From Klebsormidium nitens (Eukaryota > Plantae > Klebsormidiophyceae): a stretch of 64,000 nucleotides of DNA. The stretch is from NCBI GenBank assembly GCA_000708835.1, contig DF237148.1, forward strand, positions 62,001-126,000, read 5' to 3'. Made by a program: the position numbers and the translations under genes. The notes beneath the pieces are model-generated. The model saw nothing but the letters and a program-made list of their open reading frames with translations. It did not search any database and was not told the origin of the DNA. The stretch's first letter is position 1; the number at the start of each line of letters is the position of its first letter. This document shows positions 47,021-58,914 of the stretch, one piece after another.

Positions 47021-50000
47021 TTACTCCTTTATCCTAGCTGTCGGATAATCGACGTAACCACTTCGTTTCAAGGACTCACCGCTTGCCAGGGTCGCGATGC
47101 TTGCTGACGTAGGTGGGCTGATCGACGCCGGGGGCACCACCGATGATGCAGTCTGCATCGAGGTTCCGACGGACGGTGGGCTTCCTACAAAGTCGCGCTC
47201 AGCATTTGTTAGCGTCTCTTTAGAATCAGTCAACAGGATCTATACTGACTCCAGTCGTTCAAGCACCGAAATGAGACTCGGAACCTTGATGTGGGTAACT
47301 AAAAGTGCTGGTTCTTCGGCTCTTGACGACGCTTGGTGGAGGGCGATTTGGCGAGTTTCAAAACGGGACAATTTTCGAAAAGGGCACTTAATAACCAGAC
47401 TTGTTTCAAGGTAGGCTTCCCCTAGACGTGACCTAGTCCCGACCGTCTACATCTCGGGGGTGCTCCCCAGTTGCTCGAACCACCGCGCGTCTGACCAATC
47501 TGGACACCGCCGTTGCTTCTGCCGTCAGCAAGACTCCAGATGTTTGTGTGACGGCTACACAAACTGCTTGATTCTGCTTGAGGTTAGGTACGCTCTGCCG
47601 ATCAATCAGGTCGATGGATTCCAAGACGTTTGGGCCTGGGTTAGATATTGTCTCCCTTTTCCCGGTCTGGGCTACAGCCTACGGATCCCGTTGAACCGTT
47701 TGATCAAGATACAGCCTGCTTTGGCTATCCATGCTCTTAGGCTGATCGACTCTCCATAAAGCCAACCAGGTGAATGGAGCCTTGCATAAGTCTCGGTTTT
47801 ATACGTACGGTGGAGGTAGGGTGTATGTTGAGTTAGAAGTTCCCGGGCTCAAAACAAACAGAAGATTCAAATCCAAAGGTAACCTGCACCCATACCCAAC
47901 CTAAACCCACAACACAACCCCACCCGTCCCCCGGGCATGACGTAACTCAACATAAACTCGAGAATAGTACTGAGCCTTGCCTGTAGGGGAAGCCAGAAGT
48001 TGGGCTGAGAAGGGGCCCGTGGTTGGCGCAGGTGCAGCCAGGAGCGAGACGGGGGGTGCCGGAGCTGGAGCGACTCGGAAGGGTGCCGGAGTTGGAACCG
48101 GGGGTGCAAAAGTTGGCACCGGGGGTGCAAACGTTGGGACCGGTGGTGCCGGAGTGGGAACCGGGGGTGCGAAAGTGGGGGCCGGGGGTGCCGGAGTTGG
48201 GACCGGGGGTGCGAAAGTTGGGACCGGCGGTGCCAAAGTGGGGACCGGGGGTGCAAAGGTTGGGACCGGGGGTGACGAAGTTGCTGCCGGAACCGAGGAG
48301 CTTCCTGTGGCTGCACAGTCAACTCAAGCGTCAGCATGGCAAGCACGATTGACGCCGTTGCCGTAGGTCGTAAAACGCTGAAAATCTGGGTTTTTGAAGA
48401 CTTTAGAAACCAAGTGACACGGTCACGGTTAAGTCAAACAAGCCAGAAGAGTCCTCAATTTTCTTCTTACGGTTTACTCGTCCCGTTTTTAAAGAATCAG
48501 AACGAGAACCAAAGGTCAAGATGAACGTTTACAGCGATTCGACAAGTGGTCAGAACGAACACTTGCAGTTTTCCAAGCCTCTGACCAAAGGTTCACCGCG
48601 TCTCGATCGCGCACAGGAGTTTTTGGCCCATAACCATGCTGGTTATGAGCTGGCTGTGGGCTGGTTTCAAAGTGGTTGAGTGTCCAGTAGCCAGACTTGG
48701 GCGGTAACCAGCCCTGAAGCAAGGTTACAGCCCGGTTATCTGTTCGATAACCTGAGACTCGAGTCTGGTAATCAGCACGGTTAGCAGCCAGAACTTCCCG
48801 TGTCGAAGCAAGCAGCGGGGTCAGAGAGCTGCCGGATAAACATATAAAGAGATAGACGCTCACCTAGGACGTACAAAATTCCATTCATCGTTTCAGAATG
48901 GTAAGAGCAGTGATACGTGTAAGTCCCAGCTACTGTTGGCGTAAAGGAGAAGCTGAAGGGAGCACGCACGGGCGAGGCAGGGACTTTGTAGACCCCGCTC
49001 GCGCCATTGTAAGGAAAGCCCGTAAAACCAGCCGGCCACGTGTCGACTGCCAGAGAACAGAAAACAGCATGAACGTATGAGCACGTTGGTTCTGATTTCG
49101 TGGGCAGTAGCAAGCGTGTTAACCGGGGACGTTAAGCCCCTGGTCGTGTACCTGGACTGTTAACCAGGATTAGTTGACCAGGAACAGTTAAACCAGGAGC
49201 ACATTGCAGGAGCGACAGAGCGAAGCAGAACGTCTAAGCCCCTGCTGCTCGTCAACCTAAGCTGTTCAGACGAGCTTGCTCTTGACTCTTTCTACTTTCC
49301 TCGCGGGGGGGAAGGTGGGCAGCCCCCACGGAACGGGGTTTCCCCCAGACCACACCGGCCCACCGAGCTTGCTCTCAACAGTGAAACTTTCGAACAGATG
49401 CAGAAATAGAGGAATGCAGATCCCGACTCCCTGCTGTATTTGCTAAGAGAGCATTTTGAGGAGTGTTGTGATTGACCTCGGGAAAGACCAGGGTTGCTTT
49501 TCCGTTTTAAAATCGGGAGGGATGTCACCAGCTTCCAAGTACTTCGAGGTCCGACCTTGACACTTGCAGGGGGACACTTCATTTTTGCCAATCTGATCAA
49601 GCCCGCTGCCACCAGATCCGCTTCGACATGTTTCCAAGGATCCTGAAACCAGGCTTCAAGTAAAGAGCCAAAATTAATTCAAATATTCTTGCAGAGCCTC
49701 CGTAGGATTGAAGTACTGCACTCGGAAAAAGCCACCCACTCCTCAGTTTGAGTACTTACGTTTTACGGTGTGAGGAAGTGGGTCTGTCCAGTCCCACTCA
49801 ATGGTGTCTCCAACATTGATCGTGTTGACTTGTGTCAAAGGGCGTTGCCAGGCAACGGCATACGTTTGCGCAGGTCCTGCACAATAGTAATCGTCTTAGG
49901 ACAGAGACCATTTTGGAACTTTAACCTTGAAGGGGAATAATGCAAAACCCGGAGTTGAGCTGGGGTCCCTGCAAACAGTATCTTCCAAAGTGGGAAGTAG

Positions 50001-50816
50001 CTTGACCACATCCGAATCGTATTCTGGAATCGTATTATGTCAGGCCCGGCATGCAGAGGCGATGCAACTAAGTTCCTCTTTGTCACAACAAACAACGAAA
50101 AGTCAATGCATCGTCAGAAATAGCTGTTGAATTTCGTCCCTCTCACGCTTTCCAATGCTGGAGCAAAGCCAATAGAAGCTCAGGATCAGCACTTGATAAT
50201 AAACATGCAATCTAGAATGTCAGACCACCGGTTGAATCAGCCATTGCAGACATTGTAGCCTTCTGATAGGACTCACCAGGTGCTCCCGTAGGAAGAGCAG
50301 GGGCAGAAGTGGACGGCCGGGCTGCGATGACCCAAGAAAGGCTATGAGTCAAAGAAGAAAGCGACTCGCCAGGTGCCATTAAGAAGGTCCAACAAGTGCA
50401 AACGCTTTTAAAAGAGGAGCACGGGCAGCTAGCTCAATCATTCAGGGCGTCCAGTGGAGCAACCCGTGCAGTCAAGAGTCGGCGTAGGTGCGTTCTACCT
50501 CAGTTTGACACGAGCTGAACCAAGCCATGTTAAAGTCAATGAAAAGCCGCAGACGCAATACCACCCAAGCGCATTTTTCTGAGGCAACTGCATGCTCACA
50601 AGTTGTAGGGGTCGAGGGAGAACTCGGTGTTGTCCCCGACGCGGGGTTCGCCTGGCAGATTGCGAGGCAAGCTGCATCAAGTTGGCAGAAAGAGCAGCCG
50701 GCGCCGTCTGCTGTGGCTGCCAAACCACAGCAGCACAGCAGAAAAGCAAGAAGGAAGGGAGTAGTGCTTAGTCCAGCAGAGCAAGGAGCCGCGGAGACAC
50801 TTTGAACAGGCGCCAT
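47021..50816 (-). CDS. Secreted cupredoxin (type-1 copper site) with Pro-rich repeat stalk
   Basis: Exons 50816-50600 (hydrophobic signal FLLAFLLCCCGLAATA plus Cys-rich CSFCQLDAACLAIC), 50321-50277, 49876-49760 (INVGDTIEWDWTDPLPHTVK), 49046-48864 (FSFTPTVAGTYTYHCSYHSETMNGILYV), 48310-47981 (PPVPT repeats, GC donor), then a Ser/Thr/Pro-rich exon from ~47195. All junctions are phase 1; 3' end uncertain. Confidence 0.8.
47824..47954. repeat. Second inverted-repeat-bounded element with C-rich core, intronic
   Basis: tatgttgagtta (47824-47835) / taactcaacata (47943-47954), inner cccggg pair; core ccatacccaacctaaacccacaacacaaccccacccgtccc resembles the reverse complement of the 19.35 kb core. Confidence 0.6.
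48084..48272 (-). repeat. Coding tandem repeat, 9 x 21 nt = PP(V/A)PT(F/L/P)A
   Basis: Units PPVPTFA, PPVPTLA, PPVPTFA, PPVPTPA, PPAPTFA, PPVPTPA, PPVPTFA, PPVPTFA, PPVPTPA read directly. Confidence 0.95.
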
Positions 50817-51382
50817 GTTGCAGGGCGCAGCTTGGCTTTGACAGGGCCGTCTCTGTGAGCGAGCTCAAGCTTGCCGGCCTTTACTCTGGCTCGATTTCTC
50901 AAGTGGAGTTGAAATGAAAGCCAGCCTGCCAGACGCATATGCATTGTGCAGTTTATTGGCCTGCAGCTTGTCCGACTGATTAGCTCAGCTGGGCGCCCCC
51001 AGCTGCATATGAACGGTACACATTGCCCCAAATTTGGAGTTAATGTGATTGGCGCAATGGGTAGTTTTCAATGGCGTATAAAGTACTGAATACTAGGTAC
51101 CGGTATGCCCTCTATGAGTCAGATCTATTGACAACCGCTCGCGCCATAGCCTGAGTTGCAGCCTTCCAAGCAAGCACGCGGCCGCTCAAGCGGCTACGTA
51201 CAGAGTGTGTACACATTGGTCCCAGGCTGCACGCGTACGTACGTAGGTAGGTACTTCCGCCGACTCGGACATGATCAGAAAACGGCCGGGCCCGGCGGCG
51301 GGACTCAGGGGTCCGGACGTTGCGGTGGCACGTGCAACTTGTCGGAAGTGCAATCTCTGGCTGGCCGGTGGCGCAAATCGTA

Positions 51383-51810
51383 CAAAGTTCGCGAATAAAG
51401 TTGGGAGAATCGGACACGGACGCGAGTGATTCTTTTGAAGTCCGGACGGTATCAAGGGGTGTGTCCGCAACTTGTCCGATCATCGGAGCTGACGCGTGCC
51501 GTCAACCGCCCACTCGTGTTCAAGATTCCGAATTTGATTCGAGATCAAATCGGTCCGACATTCGAGGGCCGTCAGAGGTGGCGCCGTACCAGCTCCAGAG
51601 GGCCCAGGCCGGTGTAAGACTAGGTACGGTCCGTATCGTCGGGACGTACGGAAATCGTTCCGCCGTCAGCTTCAGAGTTTGTTTTTGTCAGAGATTCTGG
51701 CGAGGCAAAAGTTCGCTTACGTCACGCAATTGGGCTCTCGGACACAGCGTAGCACCGGAACTGTCCGTGTCCGAATCTCCCAACTTTATTCGCCAACTTT
51801 GTGCCTCGCC
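51383..51810. repeat. Foldback/inverted repeat element
   Basis: 39-bp arms 51383-51421 and 51763-51801 (37/39 complementary), plus a third degenerate arm at ~51699-51748. Confidence 0.8.
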
Positions 51811-54508
51811 GGGCTCCATAGCCTCTCCACGTGGCATACACCGCTTGACCGAGCTACTCCGCGCCGCACGGCGCAGCTGTGATTGGCTGAAGCGAACAGA
51901 CCACCATAAGCGGGCTGCGGGACTGAATCCGGGCATGCATGTCGACATTTGAGTCCCGATTCCCCGGGTACCGCTATCCAAATTGCAGACTGGATTTGCA
52001 GTCCTGACTCCTGATAGCGACCCGTCCCGGCTCCCGCCGGGGCTAAGTAAAGTTTTCCAGGTTCGATCAATCACTGACCAGCAGGTCCCCGGCAATTTCT
52101 TTGCGCCGACCTCGGAAACCGCTAGCGGCTGTGCATGTACACTAGGAGTGAGCTCAAAAGTACCAGCCTAGCACCTTCTACCGTACTGTAGCTGTTAGCT
52201 TCCAGCCGTAAAGCCGTAAAGCTGGCCGGATTTCAAGTCACTTAGGTTCCCATCCACGCACAGGTTCCATTAATTCATGCAGGCCGGATTCCCGGCCAAC
52301 CGACGAGTCCCGGGAACTCCCTCCCCGCCAACTCTGAGGGGATCATCCTGCAGAGAGTTGGGGGTTCCCTCTCAGGCGCCCAGGTGATTCCTGACTCCTC
52401 GGAGGACGCCGGAGGTGGATCTTACTATGCAGCCGACATGTGTCAGTAGTCCGCCCAGCACTGTTCAAGACTGCACGAGAAGGCGTGACATGGCCCGCTC
52501 ATCGGGGCCCGCATCCGAGCTGCGACGTGACTGGTTGAATCTGGAGGAGTGACTACTCGAGTACAACTTACATGTGTACTGATACTGGTACTTAGCAAGG
52601 CTTGTTGCCAACTTGATCATGTGCTGTTATCAGGCTTGAAGTGTTGTCGCGGTCCTCGAATCTGTGAGCGTTACATGCTGAATATAATGCCCATATTCAA
52701 TCCATGGCTTGCCGAAGTCCCATGTTCGGCGGCGCTGTAAAAGTTGCACGTAACAAATTTTAACATGTGTGCTTTCGTGCTGGCAGTCGGCTTGCCATTC
52801 TGATTCGGTGATTCCTGATTGCGACAAGAGATGCACTGCGAGACCCGCGAGAACGCTGATCACGACTTATCCAGAAGATACGGCCTTCGCAAAATACTGA
52901 AGCTGTGATGCATTGAAATTGGCGGCTCGTCGGGGGAGAAGCTGTCACTTGATCGAATTTGCCAGTCACGGCAATCTAAAAGTCCTTGCCATCTTTATTT
53001 TTGGCGGCCGAGGACGAGCAGTAAATATTATTTGTGGGACTCACCTAAAGGCCCTTCATGATTCGGTCGCTGGTACTTCGAATCGACGCTTAAAGGATGC
53101 GAGCTAGAGCTGCCCTCCCGCTGCCCTGGGTTTCTCCGCTGGACGACTTAAGGACTCTAGAGCAACACTATAACAGCAGATAAATGAGAGAAAACATAGC
53201 AGCGGCCCCTTAGCTGCGAGACCCTGATCTGGCAGCCTGCCCCCGGCTCATCATTTGAAATGATTGACGGGAGTGCGGTATGGCAACCTTGTCGGAAGGA
53301 GCTAAAACTGTGCCGCTGTCGGAAGCCGGAGAAAAAGATGTACACAAACTGGAAACCCCTATCGCCGTTCAGCTTGAGAACTTGCCAGTTGCTTCTTCCG
53401 CCTTCTTCTATCGCTCCTTCTTGCTTTCCATCCAAACCGTTCGTGTGCTCTATCTGCCTGGAGTGTGGTCCGCCTCGCACGGGTAGTAAAGAAAAAGGCG
53501 CTTCGACATGCAAGCTGTCCTGTCTTTTGGAGCGAGATCTGTTTCCTTCAGTAAGGCTTCTTGGCTCCACCTTGTCTTGCGCCTCTTGAAGCCCAGGTTC
53601 TGGCCTCCCTTTCGCAGACCTGCTGTGAAACAGATTCCTGGAGTCATGGCAGCAGGAAGACAGTACAAGTGCAAGTCAAACATTCTTGCGCGCGTGTATC
53701 CGACGTATGGACTTTTGACAAGTCTAATGAGCTCCCTCCGGATGTAGTCGGTTGCAAGTCATACATTCAAAGTACGAACTTCCAATAGAAGCCCTACAGT
53801 AACAGTTTGATGAGACAATCGACCTTACTGTGACACACAATATATGCTTTGCATCAAGGGCATTGTGCATCTGGTTACATCTGATGTGGTGATGTCGTAT
53901 CTGGGCGGCGGACTCATGAGATAAGTGGGTATCTATGGAAATATAGATTTATGGCGACGTAAAGATCATCATGATGTCATGCACCGCAAAGCCAAGAAAT
54001 GGTTGATTGCGAAAAGGATTCATCTGCGTTTAGAACACATGATTTGTATGTTCACTTGCGACAAGAAACCTACCATTCTCGGAATGAGAGTAAAACAGGA
54101 TGAGCTTATGAAGAGCTACACAATCAATCCAGGAAAGGGAATCCAAGAAGTTCTGCTTTCTTGGAAACAAAGTGGTACCGTGGTCAGAAAAATCGTACGA
54201 TGATAAATGGTCATACTTTGACTGGCATTCATGCGCCGCGCAGTAGATTGAAAAGCATGAATGTGATTGATCTGCACGGTGACTGCACGAGCTATCCATG
54301 ACCGTGGCGACCCAGAAGTTACATACGTGCACGATCAGAACATCGAGCTGAGATTGCCCATCAGTATACTAGCAGCAGCTGTGCGCGGGGCCTGGAGCTA
54401 GGGCAGTTAAGGAGGTCGATTGACAGCCAAATACCGGTCTTTCAGCTCATGAGATTTCCTATCTTGCTTACAGCCGAAGATTCGCTCTCTTTATTTCTAA
54501 AAAGACTC

Positions 54509-56982
54509 TTACTCGTCTGTTGCGAACCGTGGGACTGCTTCCTTGCAACCGAGCTCGACGTGAGGCGGGCACGACGCCCGCATCTCGGTCACTAGGTTTC
54601 TGAAGCTCTCAGCTTCCGGACCCTCTAAATACACGTAACGCAGGCTTTTGCAAACCTCCCAGAGCTTTAGAAGAGGCCGCCAGTGACCCGTCCACTCGTA
54701 ATCAATGTTCAGAAACCTTATTCGAAGTACGTAAAGTCGCGGAAACGACGTCAGAAACTCGATGCTCTCGAGATAGTGTGTGCTGATTTCGACGTGTGAA
54801 ACGGTGTGAACAGGTCCGAAACCCGGGGGAACCATCTGGAACCAGTCGAGGAACGGGTCGATTCTGTCCCGTACTAGATACAACCTTTCCAGGTGGGGGA
54901 AAAAGCACGCCCCCTTAGTTGTCTGATTCTCCTCCGCCCCGAAGAACGAGTTACAAAGCCGCAGCGAAACCAGGTTCGGGCAGAAGGTGCCAAGGCTTTT
55001 CAAGCTCCCCAGTTCGCAGTGCGTTACTTGGAGCGATGTCAGAGTGGGCGCAGTGACGTCACCAAAGCCGTAACGGACGACGCTCCATTGCCGTTCCTTG
55101 CTTCCAAACGTAGAGTCTGGCCTTTTTGGCGGCACTGTGCGCACTCTGAGCTCCTTGAGTGACGGAAAGCTCTGCACCAAAGCGTCTAGGCTGACCAACC
55201 GACTAACCCGGTCCTCTAACCCGATGTTCAACTCCCAGACCAGTTTCTCCACGCTCTCGGACGCGCGCGCGGGCGCGTGCCCGATCGCGTCTCTCGCCAA
55301 GCCCTTGAGCCTTGCTTCCGACTCTTTCTCCTGGTCAACGATGGTTTCGTAGGCGGGGGAAAGGACTGGAGCCAACCAGAGCTCTCGAAGCTCTGCGAAA
55401 CGGCTCAAGAGGACATCCATTGTGTCTTCCGATATCGGCAGCCCGATGAGACGAAGGCTTCGCAAGTCGCAAACGGTGCTTTCCGCAAAGGTCTGAATGG
55501 CCGTCTGGAGCTCGTCGAAGCGGTCAACGCAACGCCCTGTGTATTGGGGCTTGATCGTCAGGTGTTGCAGTGAGCCGAAATAAGACAGCACGTCGAGCGC
55601 TTGGCATAGTTCGGGGGAGGGATCGTGCTGGATGAAAGGTGAGCCGCCGGAGTCGCCGCAAAGCGTCAGGCTAAGCAGATTGCCTCGGACTTCCAGCACC
55701 TTTCCTAAGAGGGATCCGAAGGCACCGGCAGATGTCAGAACGATAGGAGTGAGGAACTTGAGCTCAGGACAACCTTGCAAGAGCTCCCCGTAAGCCTTTA
55801 TGAGGTTCACCTCGGGCTCACGAGCCAGAAAGAGGGCAGAAGAGCCGGGTCTGATGTCCAGCTCTTCTAACTTGGGACAGTGTTTGGATGCTGAAGAGAC
55901 AGCCTGCGCTATGTGCTCGCTTTGATCCATGCCTATCAGACCTTGGGGAAGCTTGAGCGTCAGACTTGTAAGGTGTGGGAGATTCTTCAGGACAGGATTC
56001 AGGGCCTCAAAAGAAGAGAACACCTCAGGTGCGAGCTCGCTGAGGTCTAGGCTTTGGAGACGCGGGAAGCTCCTAACAGCCTGATGCAGTCCCTTCTGCA
56101 ACCAGGAGTCGTGTGGCACGTACTTGCTCGATCCGAAGCGCAGCGAAGTAGTAGCGCTGAAACGCTTTGCTAGCCGCAGGAGAACTTTCTTGCCCGCGCA
56201 TTCGTCGAGTCTAACTGACGTACGTACTGCGTTCGTGGCCAGTAGAAAGCGCCTGCTGACCAAAGAGCAGCTGCGCAGATCTTCTGGATTCAGGAAGTAC
56301 AGAACTCTCTCCAGTAGCTCGTCGGGGAGGGCGGGAGAAAAAAGCGGATCGGAAAGATGCTGTTCTGAGGTATCTGCAGAGAAGGGTAGATTGATCAGGT
56401 CGAGGACTGCGCGAGATCCTTGATACTGCAACCATGGAATAGTTGAAACCTAAGCTAACATATGGTCAAGTTTTGGTATCCGAAGGCTCCGAAGTCGTTG
56501 AGATGCCTCCAAGATATGCTCAAGCGTGAGTGCACAAGTTAATCTGGAATGCAAGGCAGGTCGAGATTTATGATTCTACCTGACCGTGAGATGAGAAGAA
56601 AGCTTAGAGTTGAAAGAAATCATGGTTGTCTCGAGAGCTCGGTCGGATTAACAAACAACCATCGATCACCTGATTCCTCGCCAATCCGAGGTGAATTCTA
56701 ACTCTTAATCAAATCAGCGCGCTGTAGAGCCACTGAACAGCGATTGAAGTCCCTGTGTTAAGCATTTCTGGAGCTGATGTGTTTTTGTTCAGTAAGTGTT
56801 CTGTGCGAGCTCAGCGGAAAACGGCACTGAGTCACTCTGGCAGCGGAGAATCAAGATCGTCTGCGTTGATTGGTTGACAAGGACTCTTTTTCTTACAGAC
56901 ATTCAGAAAGTCTTGTTAGAATGCGCGTACCTGCAGCCGCCGCTAAGTGCTGCCGTTTCCGTGCGCGAGCTCCTCTAGCCAT
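54509..56982 (-). CDS. F-box/LRR-like protein, ~638 aa, 2 exons
   Basis: Exon 1 56982-56931 (MARGARARKRQHLAAAA, donor CAG|GTACGC, phase 1) joins acceptor ctacccttctctgcag|56373. Exon 2 runs to TAA at 54509 with F-box LPDELLERVLYFLNPEDLRSCSLVSRRF and LRR-like segments (FPRLQSLDLSEL, CPKLEELDI, FPSLKELRV). The 640-aa track ORF itself starts at TTG. Confidence 0.88.
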
Positions 56983-58914
56983 ATTGAACAGTGTCGTTTG
57001 CACGTCAGCAAAGGTGGCGCTCTTGCGCTCTCAGGAAGTGTGGAGACCTTCTGATCTGAAGATGCCAAGAGTCACCAGGAGTGACTAAGGAACGGTTTAA
57101 GCAGAGTGACGTTACCACCGCTGTAAGCAGGCCGCGCGTACCCGTCAGGGTTTTGCTGGGGTTTTCGGCAAGGGTTTTACGAAGGTTGAGGACGGTCCGC
57201 GGTGCGGCCCTGTGCGGCCGCGCTTTTGCGACTTTGACAGTGAGAGCCGGCGACGGCTGGCCGCGAGTCGAAGTGTGAACCGCGTCTTGAAAGCCAAGCA
57301 ATTTTGTTTGTCGTCTGCCGGCATCGCCAGGCCGGTTTGTTCTACGATCGAAGAGCCTCTGGAGAGCGGAACGGCCTAAGCAAGCCTTTCGGCAACAAAA
57401 ACACTCAAGGCCCTGCGCTTCCGAGGCTGCCCTAATGAAGGGCGAGACAGATTGTTTGTGGCTCCGGCGGCAGCCGGGCCGAAGCATGAATTGACCGGTC
57501 TGCCAAAAGTAATCAGGTTTTGGAAACCCGTCCTGCAAGCGCCAGACTGGTGTAACAAATCAACTCGAGATACATTACACGAAGTGGAGCAGCTTTGAAA
57601 AATTTAAGCTCTGCCAGCAACAGGCGGCATGGGTCAAGTACAAGCAGGTCTATCGGAAGGTTTACGCTGACCCTGAGCTGGATTAGAAGCGTTTTGAGGC
57701 TTTTGCGGAGGCTGCTGAGGGCCTCGTTTCAGCGAAAGAACGAGCGGCCCGCAATGGTGACGTCATGCCGAGCGTCGGGCTTAAGCGGCCTACGCCGACA
57801 GACTTATTGGGGAGCCGAGGTGGCCCGAGCCTTTGGAGGAAATCTGAGCTCAGCTGCCAGCTCTTTTGAATCAGGGACATTGCCTGATTCATTTGCCTCT
57901 GTCCGTGCTTCTCTCTCGATTACAGACAAAAACATTGCATCTGTAATCGATGCAATGTACATACATTTGATGTAAATTTTGTTCAAAGAGCGCCAGTATT
58001 AGCTAGCTAGCTGCTCGGATCTTGCAGTAATCAGAGTCACCTGCAGCATGGCCATGCTGCCACTTATTTCCATTCTGAGCAACGACAGTCAGCTGAGTGA
58101 GCGAGCTTCTCGAATCAGATTACGAGGTTGATGCATGAATACGAGATTGTGATTCACTAGCTTCTAGCTGCGCCAATTTCATGTCTGACCATCCGACCAT
58201 GTAAATTCCGTCGATCATATCTAGCGCTTAACATGGCTTAACATTCAAGTCTCGGTCCCTCGATTCGCAGTGACTGTTTGAATTAACATCCTATAGGTCT
58301 GGCACTGACTCAACCGAGCACGTCATGGATAACGAATTCGCCTTCTGACACATGAATTAGCTGGCGGCATGCCTAATTGCCATGCATGTCCCGACCTACC
58401 GCTTGATTGTTCCAAATTCCGGCCATGCAATGACGCTTATAATGTGATCTGTGACAATGTGTTCTAAGTTGCATCTTAAGGCATGCATCCGATCGATCCT
58501 GGAATTATATGGAAGTTCGTCCGATTACATGAATGATGGTGCATGCTGGCGAGGCGCGGCTGCCAGCTGGGTTCGAGAAATAATCTATCTTACCGAGCTA
58601 GCATCAATGAGTTAGCATGCGAATGGCCAATTGCAAGCTGCCGACAATTTTCACTCGCAGTCACTGTGGTTCTAGCTTTTGAGTTGGAAATTTCCCACAA
58701 CTTCTTGTGTAATATTTGATGATGATATCAGCAATCTAGCCTTGTACAAAACCTCTATCTTACGACTGCAAAAGCACCGCATGCGCTGATTACTATGTAA
58801 CACGTTCTCTGCAGGGTGGACCACTAGCCCTTGACTTAATGTATACACCTCGAAAACGCCCTACACATCGACACTACCAACTATAAAGCACCCTGGAAAC
58901 GGCGGACCTCACTT

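Noticed and set aside
48084-48272. Regular 21-nt repeats as a CRISPR-like or satellite array
   Set aside because: No spacers; the repeats are in-frame codons of a Pro-rich exon. No CRISPR array seen anywhere in the window.
53157-54332. Cluster of 60-137 aa ORFs downstream of the F-box gene
   Set aside because: Overlapping frames on both strands, no domain motif, no consistent exon chain.
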